NCBI GenBank assembly: GCA_963675755.2
Contig: CAXXMD010000003.1
Span: 1,984,001 to 2,048,000 of the forward strand
DNA length: 64,000 nt
Source: a bacterium
GTDB taxonomy: Bacteria; Zhuqueibacterota; Zhuqueibacteria; Residuimicrobiales; Krinioviventaceae
Reading direction: 5' to 3'
The notes below the pieces were generated by a model. That model searched no databases, had not been told where the DNA came from, and saw only the letters and a list, made by a program, of their open reading frames with translations. This document shows, piece by piece, positions 29,163 to 38,700 of the stretch; position 1 is the first letter of the stretch; each line of letters opens with the position of its first letter. A program made the position numbers and the translations under genes.

Positions 29163-29294
29163 TTACCGGGTAAAAACTACCCGGTTTAATGATCTAATTT
29201 ACTTGAAAAGTGAATGGATTATTGTCGTTAGATTTAAATGTTGTTTCAAGTTATTGTTTTATATGGATTTGTGCGTATAGCGTAAGGCGTGTGG

Positions 29295-29311
29295 CTGGCA
29301 TGCCCTTTGCA
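29295..29311 (+). promoter_or_regulatory. sigma-54 (-24/-12) promoter
   Basis: CTGGCATGCCCTTTGCA: GG at 29297-98 and GC at 29309-10, 10 nt apart; near-consensus. Confidence 0.75.
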
Positions 29312-29369
29312 TATAAAAGGCTGAGCAGAAAGATTTTTTGGTTTTTGGTTAAAAACATATTTGGGAAAC

Positions 29370-32300
29370 ATGAAGAATAATAGACTAGTATTATTTTTGT
29401 GGGTATTTATTGCCTATCCGATTTTGGCTTTTGCCGGTAATGCAGAGATCTGGATTGAACGAGCAGATATGAATCAATCGCGTCTTGTGTATATCGGTGA
29501 TGAGATCAAATTCAACATTATGATTGACACCCAAGGGGAAAGAATTACAGGTGTTACGTCTTATATTACTATAGATCCTGAATTTTTACAACCTGTTTTC
29601 CCTGGTGACCTTCCTTTTGGTAAACCTTTTACACCGGGTAGATTTTTAGAAATGACCGGTGATGCCGTTATTAACAGTACACACCAAGACAGTTTGCATT
29701 TGTCAGACCAACCTGGCTGGGGTAATGGAATTGATGATTTTCAAATGGATTATTATCAATCAACCGGATCCATTTTGAATGGTGTTCGACCCAGTGTTAG
29801 AGGGACGGGTATTGTTGCATCATTTATTTTACGAGTTGTGGGTATGCCTGATAACGCGAATGATTCAACAGCTATCGTCTTTGACTTTAAAAATGACGAC
29901 AACCGCCTTACAACATATTACAAGCTTGATGAGCCCAGCAATGAACAGCGTTTTGGCAAGTATATGAACTATAGTATGTTTATTGCAGGCTTTAGAATTT
30001 ATCCTGAATTTCCGGATACTTTGATAGCACCGGGTACAAACTATGAATTGAATCTGAATAATCATGTTACCAGTAATTCAGACAACTTTGAAATAAGCTG
30101 GAGCATGACGGAGCAGGAAGCCCTGAGTGGAGCGGTACCCACGCTTGATGACACGCTAGTTACGGTAACGACAACCCCAACGACCAAAGGTGTTCTCAAG
30201 CTGAACGTGCGAGGTGTGCAAAAAAACACCAATTATGTAGACAGCCAGGAATTTACTGTTGGAGTTGATCATGTCCCTGAATTCCACAGTTCTATACCAA
30301 CAGTAACGTTTAATGAAGATGAAGTGATAATGCTCTCCAAGTCTTATTTCTTTACAGACTTGGATGATGATTATGCTGATATAGAAGTAACACCTGGTTC
30401 AAGCAACCTTGTTATTGAAGAGGCGGGTGATTCGATACGGTTTGCTGCCGCACCGAATTGGTCCGGCAATTCAACCGCTGAACTGGTCGTTCAGGATCCG
30501 GTCCAAAGGATGGTGAATGATACAACAAGAGCAACCATTAACATTAATGTATTACCCATAAATGATCCTCCGGAATTGGATTTTTCTGAACTGGATCCCA
30601 TACCTGTTTTTTATGGTGTAGTAAAACAAATTATAATGCAGAACGGTGTTCATGTTAATGATGTAGATGATACGGAATTCACCTGGTCAGTGGAATCTAT
30701 GAATACCGATTACCTGGTAGCGGAATTTGTTAATGACAATGTATTAAGGCTTGAAGCCTTGAATTCCCAATTCTCAGGCAATGTTGATATTAAAATTACC
30801 GTAATGGATGATGAGATGGCTATGGATTCTTCTACCGTAACGGTAAATATTCAGCCAACCCCGGTAAAGTTGTTACCTATTCCTACTATTATAGTGATTT
30901 CAGGACAATCAAAAGATATTTTCCTGGATAATTATGTTGATTATCCCAGTAATATAAAATCTGAATTGATTTGGTCGTTTGAAGTGTTGGATTCAAAAAC
31001 ATTGCAGGAAGATACAAATGTTATATTGTCCTACAATTCAGATCAACAAGTGTTAACCATTTCAGCCATTGACGGACATTTGGCAATTGACGAACTTTAT
31101 GTCACAGTTTCTGCTGGTAATGAAAACAGGGATTCTGGTAAAACGTTATTAAAGGTTTTATCTGAAAATCAAATTTCCATTTTTCCGTTCCCGCAAGTGA
31201 CCATTATGCAAGGCATGGATTTGGATGTTCTGGATTTAAACGATTATGTTGTTGATCCACTGTATTCTATTGATGAATTGTCTTTTGGATATTCAGGCGG
31301 TGATTCTTTAAAAGGTGTAAGAATTGATTCATTAACACACAAGGTTACCATTTCGGCGGATACTGTGTTTTTAGGTCTGGATAGTTTAAACATTGTTGCG
31401 CAAAATCCCGATGGAGATATAGCAACTCAAAAGTTGTACGTAAACTGTATCGAGTACAATCCTAATCCTGTTTTCATGACGCCATTGCCGGATGCGTATT
31501 ATTATTGGAAAATGCTGATACCTCAGGAATTTGTAGATCTTGATGATTATGTTTGGGATTTTTCAACACCGGACTCGTCGATTATCTGGCGTATTGATTA
31601 TAATCATCTCTATTTAGATATTGTGAAAACAGAAGAGAATCTTGTTAAAATATCCACTTTTGATAAAATTGGTGATCAGATGGTCATCTTTACAGCGACC
31701 AACCTCGCCGGATATTCAACATCTGATACGGTTATTGTTACAATTGCCAAACGCGGAGAACCCGTTTGGAGAACCATTCCACCTATTGAGATTAGCAGTG
31801 GACAAATATATTCATCACTTTATTTAAATCGCTTTTGTATTGCTGGTGGGAATGAAATCACATTTTCCGCCGAATATGATAATCGTGACTTGAATGTAAA
31901 TATCAATAGCAATACAACACAGGTAACCATTTCAGGTGTAGATGGCTTTAGTGGTACATCTCCGGTGATCTTTAAGGCAACGAATCAGGATACCAGCTCA
32001 GTTTCCAATCTGATTAATGTAACGGTCTCCCGAAAGACGAACGTTTCCTGTTTCTTTAACTCTATTGTGTCGAACAAGGTTAATTTTGTAATCAATGCAG
32101 ATGCAAATGTTTCGGATATGGGTTATTCTTTTAAATTTGATGGAGATTCACTGTCGTTGAATTTTAAAATGATTGATTCAACGGAAACGCAAAAGATCTG
32201 GACTTCTCCATTCATTCTTGAAAGCTCTGGATTGTACAAGTTGAACCTTGAATTTGATTATGCAAGCGGATTGACTGTTAAAGACAGTTTGTGGTTAACC

Positions 32301-32927
32301 ACAATCCTGGGCAAAGGCCTGGGCAAAACACTTGCTAGCTCGGATCGACAGTTGTTGATTGATATCCCCGAGACTACAAATGAACGGGATGTATATATCC
32401 TCAAAGAAACCAATACGGATAACAAGGTTTATACTTTGTCATATAATGGACCTGGTAAAAATATTTGGACCCGGGCAAAACCATCTGTAAATGGTGGAAG
32501 CAGTTATTATTCTTTTTATTATGTTGAAAATGGTGAGTTGTTCTCAATAAGCACCAGTACGGATGGTGACGGGATGTACTATGCCTCGATTGAAACCGAC
32601 AAGTCATTTACCTTTGGACCTTCAGATATGCCCGCAACTGAAGAGTATGTTTTGAAAGCCAAGATTGCATCTTATCCCAATCCTTTCAATAGCCGTGTCA
32701 AGATACGCTATTTGTTAAACGGAGCGGGTAAAGCAGATGTGAGGATCTATAATATTCTGGGTCAGGCAGTACTTGTTCATGAATACAATTCCCTGGAAAC
32801 CGGAATACAAGAGTTTTCGTGGGATGGAACAAATAAATTTTCCAATCCTGTTCCATCGGGAGTTTATTTTATTCAAATTCACACAAGAGATAATGTATTA
32901 ACTCAAAAGGTGCTGTTGATACGATGA
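29370..32927 (+). CDS. Large secreted protein: N-terminal cohesin-like domain, about 7 cadherin/Ig-like repeats, Por/FlgD CTD
   Basis: Signal peptide; IGDEIKFNIMIDTQGERITGV...GTGIVASFILRV; repeated LxxYV/D-x-D units; SYPNPFNSRVKIRY...YNILGQ...WDGTN...PSGVYFI...QKVLLIR. Confidence 0.85.
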   Translation: MKNNRLVLFLWVFIAYPILAFAGNAEIWIERADMNQSRLVYIGDEIKFNIMIDTQGERITGVTSYITIDPEFLQPVFPGDLPFGKPFTPGRFLEMTGDAVINSTHQDSLHLSDQPGWGNGIDDFQMDYYQSTGSILNGVRPSVRGTGIVASFILRVVGMPDNANDSTAIVFDFKNDDNRLTTYYKLDEPSNEQRFGKYMNYSMFIAGFRIYPEFPDTLIAPGTNYELNLNNHVTSNSDNFEISWSMTEQEALSGAVPTLDDTLVTVTTTPTTKGVLKLNVRGVQKNTNYVDSQEFTVGVDHVPEFHSSIPTVTFNEDEVIMLSKSYFFTDLDDDYADIEVTPGSSNLVIEEAGDSIRFAAAPNWSGNSTAELVVQDPVQRMVNDTTRATININVLPINDPPELDFSELDPIPVFYGVVKQIIMQNGVHVNDVDDTEFTWSVESMNTDYLVAEFVNDNVLRLEALNSQFSGNVDIKITVMDDEMAMDSSTVTVNIQPTPVKLLPIPTIIVISGQSKDIFLDNYVDYPSNIKSELIWSFEVLDSKTLQEDTNVILSYNSDQQVLTISAIDGHLAIDELYVTVSAGNENRDSGKTLLKVLSENQISIFPFPQVTIMQGMDLDVLDLNDYVVDPLYSIDELSFGYSGGDSLKGVRIDSLTHKVTISADTVFLGLDSLNIVAQNPDGDIATQKLYVNCIEYNPNPVFMTPLPDAYYYWKMLIPQEFVDLDDYVWDFSTPDSSIIWRIDYNHLYLDIVKTEENLVKISTFDKIGDQMVIFTATNLAGYSTSDTVIVTIAKRGEPVWRTIPPIEISSGQIYSSLYLNRFCIAGGNEITFSAEYDNRDLNVNINSNTTQVTISGVDGFSGTSPVIFKATNQDTSSVSNLINVTVSRKTNVSCFFNSIVSNKVNFVINADANVSDMGYSFKFDGDSLSLNFKMIDSTETQKIWTSPFILESSGLYKLNLEFDYASGLTVKDSLWLTTILGKGLGKTLASSDRQLLIDIPETTNERDVYILKETNTDNKVYTLSYNGPGKNIWTRAKPSVNGGSSYYSFYYVENGELFSISTSTDGDGMYYASIETDKSFTFGPSDMPATEEYVLKAKIASYPNPFNSRVKIRYLLNGAGKADVRIYNILGQAVLVHEYNSLETGIQEFSWDGTNKFSNPVPSGVYFIQIHTRDNVLTQKVLLIR

Positions 32928-33574
32928 AGAGATTATTTTATATATTGATTGCTGGAATTCTGTCCTTCCATTGCGGTTCAAGTCCCACAGAACCGGACAA
33001 TTCGGGTGGCTCAGGTTCAAGTGTAGACGAACTGCTAAGTTCCGGCTGGAATGAATTCGAAAATTATAAATATGACAATGCTAAATCTTATTTTGATCAG
33101 GCATTGGTTAAAGAGCCCTCTAATGGTAATGCCAATTTGGGTAAAGGATGGTCATTGTTGATGAAAGGCAGCAATCATTATCAACTTGCTATTACTGCAT
33201 TGGAAAATGCAATGACGGATGCTGCACCTGAATCAGACTGCCGGGCTGGTATCATTCTGGCAAAATTTAATCAGGAAAGATATGACGAGATTACTCCACT
33301 CGTTGATTATTTTGTAAAAACTTTTCCCAAATATGTTTTCGATTATGACACCAACATTGACTGGCGGGATATGTTATTGATGAAGGCACAGGCACAATAT
33401 TTTACACGCCAATATAAATCATCATGGACAACAGTGCAAAAATTGACATCCGATTTTAATTACATTGATCCTGATGCATCGGCAACCTGGATTATTGAAA
33501 ATCAGACTTTTTTTTCGTTCGAAGCTGTATTGTCTAGAATCATTTATATTGTATCAGAAACCTATAAATATTAA
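32924..33574 (+). CDS. TPR-containing lipoprotein
   Basis: Signal peptide ending SFHC; GWNEFE...AKSYFDQAL...ANLGKGWS TPR-like helices; ATGA overlap with the upstream gene. Confidence 0.7.
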   Translation: MKRLFYILIAGILSFHCGSSPTEPDNSGGSGSSVDELLSSGWNEFENYKYDNAKSYFDQALVKEPSNGNANLGKGWSLLMKGSNHYQLAITALENAMTDAAPESDCRAGIILAKFNQERYDEITPLVDYFVKTFPKYVFDYDTNIDWRDMLLMKAQAQYFTRQYKSSWTTVQKLTSDFNYIDPDASATWIIENQTFFSFEAVLSRIIYIVSETYKY

Positions 33575-35223
33575 TGGATAATTTAATGAAACACGTTCTC
33601 AAAATTCTAATAGTTCTGGTGGCCTCTGGTATGTGGGGATGTGAATTATATGATACATTAACGGGTGTTGAACCCAATACCCGTCCGACTATATTATTAA
33701 AAGTAGAAGATACTACTCCTGATATAGGTACCACTCAGACCATTACAGCTGAAATTTATGATCCTGATGAGAATGACGAGGTAACCGTTACCTGGGAAGT
33801 CTCTGCCGGTGAATTATCGCAAACTCATGGTACATCTATTGACTGGACCGCTCCCATGGATACGGCTACGGTATCTATAATTGCTACAGCAACGGATACA
33901 AAAGAGGGTGTAGCTCATAAAGAAGTTATCATTTATGTAGGTAACGCACCACCCAAGATTAACAGCTTTACTGTGAGTTCAGCACATGTTGTGTCTGGTA
34001 ACTCTGTGAACTTGACCTGTAGTGCTACTGATCCTGAAGGCGGCGAGCTGACTTATGTATTCAAAGTATTGGAAGAGACGGGTGAGCTGGACCATGCTGA
34101 AGATACTGATTCTACCGCTGTATGGACCTCTCCATCTAATACCGGTGGTTCAGAGGTTTATAAAATTGCGGTTTTTGTTTCAGACGAGCTGAATTTTACT
34201 TCTTCTGATACACTGGATGTGCTTGTTTACTCGAATTATGGATCATTATGGGTTGTTGATAGCGACCATAAAACATTGACAAAGTATACCAGTAATGGAT
34301 ACAAGATCTTGACTTCCTCACAGTCGTTTTCTTCTCCTGTGGCAATTGCAGGTGCGGTTGACGAGCTTGGCGGATGTTTTGTGGCAGATCAGGGCTCTGA
34401 TCAGGTATATAAACTGGATTATAACGGCAATCGGCTTGAAACCTATTCCGGAATTTCACATGTCATTGATATAGCGTTACACCAATATACACAAAAATTA
34501 TGGGCACTGAGTTATAATGACGGTACTGTTACAGTTATAGATCAGCGCACAGGCAATGTAGAGAAAACCCTGTTTGGATTTGAACAACCCACACAGATTG
34601 ATATCAATCAATACAATGGTGATGTATGGATAGTTGAAGAAGGTAATAACCGAGTTATTCAATTCAATATTACCAATGGTGTTGATACACTACCGGATTC
34701 GTTGCACCATATGATTGCACTTGGCGATACTGTTATGGGAGAAGGTGCAATGGATTTTACAACCGATTTTAATGGTCCCATGGATTTGTTTATACATCAT
34801 CGAACTGATATGGATTTGTCTCAGGTATTTATTGCGGATACGTACGATAACCAGATTGAACGATTCAGTTTCCGTGATGGAACTTATCAACGGTTGGCCC
34901 CAGTTAGTCCCTTGTCTGCATCTCCTCAGCTTTTAGGTGTAATTACTGTTAATTTGGTTGATATGGTATTGGTCATAAATGCAAGTGGAGATTTGGAACT
35001 GTTTGAAATAAACAATGTACTGCAAAAACATTCTCTAAGTGGGAATTATCAGTTTGTTAAACCTCAGGTGTTAACCATAGAAAAATCTACAGGTGAATGC
35101 TGGATTGGTGATAATGGTACGAACCAGCTGGTCAAGATCAAGATTGAGAATACAAATTCTTTTACAGTACAAAGAAGATTGGATGGATTTTTATCTATTC
35201 GGGATATTGTTATAAACCGATAG
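33574..35223 (+). CDS. Lipoprotein with two PKD/Ig-like domains and an NHL-like beta-propeller
   Basis: Lipobox MWGC; repeated DPD/DPEG...WTAP/WTSP units; WVVDSD, FVADQG, WIVEEGNNRV, FIADTYDN and WIGDNGTN blades. Confidence 0.75.
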   Translation: MDNLMKHVLKILIVLVASGMWGCELYDTLTGVEPNTRPTILLKVEDTTPDIGTTQTITAEIYDPDENDEVTVTWEVSAGELSQTHGTSIDWTAPMDTATVSIIATATDTKEGVAHKEVIIYVGNAPPKINSFTVSSAHVVSGNSVNLTCSATDPEGGELTYVFKVLEETGELDHAEDTDSTAVWTSPSNTGGSEVYKIAVFVSDELNFTSSDTLDVLVYSNYGSLWVVDSDHKTLTKYTSNGYKILTSSQSFSSPVAIAGAVDELGGCFVADQGSDQVYKLDYNGNRLETYSGISHVIDIALHQYTQKLWALSYNDGTVTVIDQRTGNVEKTLFGFEQPTQIDINQYNGDVWIVEEGNNRVIQFNITNGVDTLPDSLHHMIALGDTVMGEGAMDFTTDFNGPMDLFIHHRTDMDLSQVFIADTYDNQIERFSFRDGTYQRLAPVSPLSASPQLLGVITVNLVDMVLVINASGDLELFEINNVLQKHSLSGNYQFVKPQVLTIEKSTGECWIGDNGTNQLVKIKIENTNSFTVQRRLDGFLSIRDIVINR

Positions 35224-35243
35224 GATAAATGAAGCAAGGGGGA

Positions 35244-35576
35244 TTACCCACCCACTTTTTTACATTTAATACCCAATTTTTCCAAATGGGTGATAATTGG
35301 TTCACGTCTGTCACCCTGTATTTCTATTATACCTTGTTTCGCGGTACCACCTGTTCCAAGTAATTGTTTTAGCTGGCGGGCAATATCGTTCAAATGGGTA
35401 GGATTTACCTGTAATCCTTCTATAATTGTAACACTTTTCCCTTTACGTCCTTTACGGTCAATGCGGATTTTGGCCGTTTGCCCGGATAAGGGTTTATCAG
35501 GAATTTCTGCTTTTGATTCCTGTTCTATCTTGATATCAGGATTAGTGGAATACACCCGTTTTGAATTTTTTTCCAT
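35244..35576 (-). CDS. yciH: Translation initiation factor SUI1/YciH family
   Basis: VYSTNP, RKGRKGKSVT, LGTGGTAK and IEIQGD motifs. Confidence 0.9.
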   Translation of the reverse strand: MEKNSKRVYSTNPDIKIEQESKAEIPDKPLSGQTAKIRIDRKGRKGKSVTIIEGLQVNPTHLNDIARQLKQLLGTGGTAKQGIIEIQGDRREPIITHLEKLGIKCKKVGG

Positions 35577-35788
35577 TACATCGCCTTTCTTGATTGTTCT
35601 ATAAATTTAACAATAATCTGCCTATATGAAAACGAAAAATAAACTTTGGAGGCATTTTCATATTGCAGCAGGATGCAGTGCAAATATTACAGGAAAATAT
35701 ACTTGATTTTTGACGCTGTGGGTTGTATCTTGTTTAGTTTTAGGTATTCGTTTTTGATTTTGTATAAATTTTTAATATTAGGATAATA

Positions 35789-38700
35789 GTGAAGTTAGCA
35801 GAACTAAATGTTGTGGGATTCAAGTCTTTTGCCAAAAAAACGCATGTAGTTTTTCATGATGGTATGACGGCTATTGTGGGGCCTAATGGCTGTGGTAAAA
35901 GCAATATTGTAGACGCCATTCGATGGGTAATGGGTGAGCAAAAAAGTGGCGTTTTACGTAGTGATAAAATGGATAATGTTATTTTTGCCGGATCTGCGAG
36001 TGCAAAACCGGTTGGTATGGCTGAGGTATCGCTCAAAGTTGAAAATACCAACAATCTCTTGCCTGTTGATTACTCTGAAGTTGTGATTACCAGGCGTTTG
36101 TTTCGTTCCGGTGAAAGTCAGTATTTGATTAATGGAAACCAATGCCGTTTAAAAGACATAAACGATTTGTTTATGGATACTGGAATGGCCTTGGGTTCTT
36201 ATTCTGTAATAGAACTGCCACAGGTTGAACGTTTATTGAACGGCAAGCCTGAAGAACGTAGAAAAATATTTGAAGAAGCAGCAGGTATAACAAAGTATAA
36301 AATTCGTCGCAAAGCTTCATTGCGCAAACTTGAAAGTACAGAAAAAGATCTGCTTCGTATAGAAGATATTTTATCAGAGGTGGAAAAAACCACCCGGTCT
36401 TTACGCAGGCAGGTTTCCAAAGCTGAAAAATATCAGGAATACTCCAGCGAGTTGAAAAAGCTGGAAATTTTATTTGCAGAATATGAATATGCAAGATTGA
36501 TGAACGAGCTTGATCCTTTGCAGAAAAAGTTTAATATCATTCGTGATGAACGTGAAGGAATCTCTACCAATCTTGTAAAGCATGAAACTTCGTTCGAGTC
36601 TCTTCGCAATACGCTTTTGGATCTTGAAAAGAAATTATCAGAAGGCCAGCGGGATTATAATACTAAAAATCACGAAATACAAAAATTTGAAGAACGCATT
36701 CTTGTCAATAGTGAACGTATCCGCAGTTTAAAAGAAGCTTGTGATCGATATGTTGAAGAGCAAAAAGTACAAAAAGCCCGAGCGGAAGAGCTTTCAACAA
36801 CCAGTGATGAATCTCATTACGACCTGAAAAATGCAAAAAAAGAACATTTGGCAGCTCAGGAAAAATATGAAATTCACAATGATCAGTTTAAAGGTCTGCG
36901 TGAAGAGTATGAGCAAAAACGCAGTCAGGTAAAAGAAGCGGAAATGCTCGTACTTCGGTATACGGAAGAATTGAGTCGGACTCAGAACGAAGGTGAGCGC
37001 TTAAAGGCTACCGAAGAAAATCTGAGCAGCCGTTTAAAGCAGATCACAGAAGAAAGTGAGAATCAAACCCGGCGACTGGGTGATTTGGTTGAACAGATCA
37101 AATCTACTGATGAACAAAAAAAGTCTCTTGAAGAAGAGTTACTAAAGAAAAAAAGTAACCTTGATAAAATAAACAAAGAAACCCTCGAAGCAAAAAGTTC
37201 TCTTGAAAGTCTGCAAAAATCAGAGATGCAGGACAGGAACCGTATTGAAGTGCTTGAAAATCAGGCAGAAATGGTTAAACGGTTACTGGAAAGCTACCAG
37301 GATTACCCTGCAGGTGTTCGATATCTGGCAACCAATCAAACCGACCATTTCCATACATTTGGTGCTATTGCCAATCTGTTGCATATGCCGCAAGAGTATC
37401 GTCCGGCCATTGCTGCAGCATTGGGTGATGCTGCCACATATTTGATCGTTGAAGATATGAATACTGCATTTAATGGTATTGGTTTGTTGCAGCAGGATAA
37501 AAAAGGAACAGCGTCTTTTCTGCCTTTTAAACGTATCAAAGCATCAGTGCTTGATCAACCCAAAATTGATGACCTGGGTATTATTGGCTGGGCAAACCAG
37601 GTTGTGCAATGTGAACCTCAATATCAACCCATTTTAGATTTACTCCTTGGTAATTTTTTGATTGTACAGGATCTTGAAACTGCCAACAGGTTGTTTGATT
37701 CTTTTAAAGGTCATAAAACCAATCTTGTTACTTTGAATGGTGAAGTACTGGGCTATTGGGGAATTGTTAAGGGCGGAAGCTTGAACAAAAAGCAACTGGA
37801 CTTTGTTGGACGTGAAGAACAGTTAAAAGAGCTTTTGGAAGAGATCGAACAGCTGAAAGCAACTGTAGAGCAGAGACGTTTGATTATTGCTCAACGAAAT
37901 GAACAGATCAGTGCAGCTGCTTCCGAAGCTGAGGCATTGTCTGTTTCTATTCAAAACCTGGAAGAACTTGTATCGTCCAAACGTCTTGAATTGGGTCAAA
38001 TGCAGTTTGAAGAGCAATCTATAAAAGAACTGCTCAAAGACCGGGATAATGAAAAGCAGAACTTGATACAGCAAATGGGTCAGGTTGATGAAAATCTGAA
38101 AAATAAAAGTTCAGATACTCAGGATATTGAAACCAAACGCCAAAAAGTTGCAGAGCAGACCCAGGTCTTGAATGAAGAACAAAAGGTACTTGAAGATAAA
38201 TTAAATCAGGCTGCCGGCATTGTTCAGGAAATGCAAATCAAAGTTGCAAAAATGCAAAGTGTTTACGAATCTCGTCAGCGAGAGGTTGATTCCTTACAAA
38301 ATCAATTGCATGAAGCGAACCGGATGATCCAGCTTCGTGAAGAAGAAACACGTCGTGCCGGTGAAGAAATAGAAGAGCTTGATGAGATAAATAAAACGTA
38401 TCAGGAAAATATTAAAGAGCTTACTGAAAAACGGGAAGAAATACATAAAAGTCTTGAAGCTTTAAAAGAACAACAATACCAGATCAACGTTCAGGTTGAT
38501 GTAAATGAAAAAGATATTAAAAGCATAAGATCAAGATCAGAAGAATTGTCTGAATCTGTTCATCAGGTAGAATTGCGTATTTCAGAGTTGAAAATGAATG
38601 TTGAGAACCTGAAGAACAGAATGATAGAAGAGTATGAATATACATTAAAAAAAGAACTTGTTGAAGAAAATTTTGATTATGCTGAAACTAAAGATACAAT

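Noticed and set aside
35649-35667. GGCA...TTGC upstream of smc as a sigma-54 site
   Set aside because: GG-GC spacing is 12 nt rather than 10.
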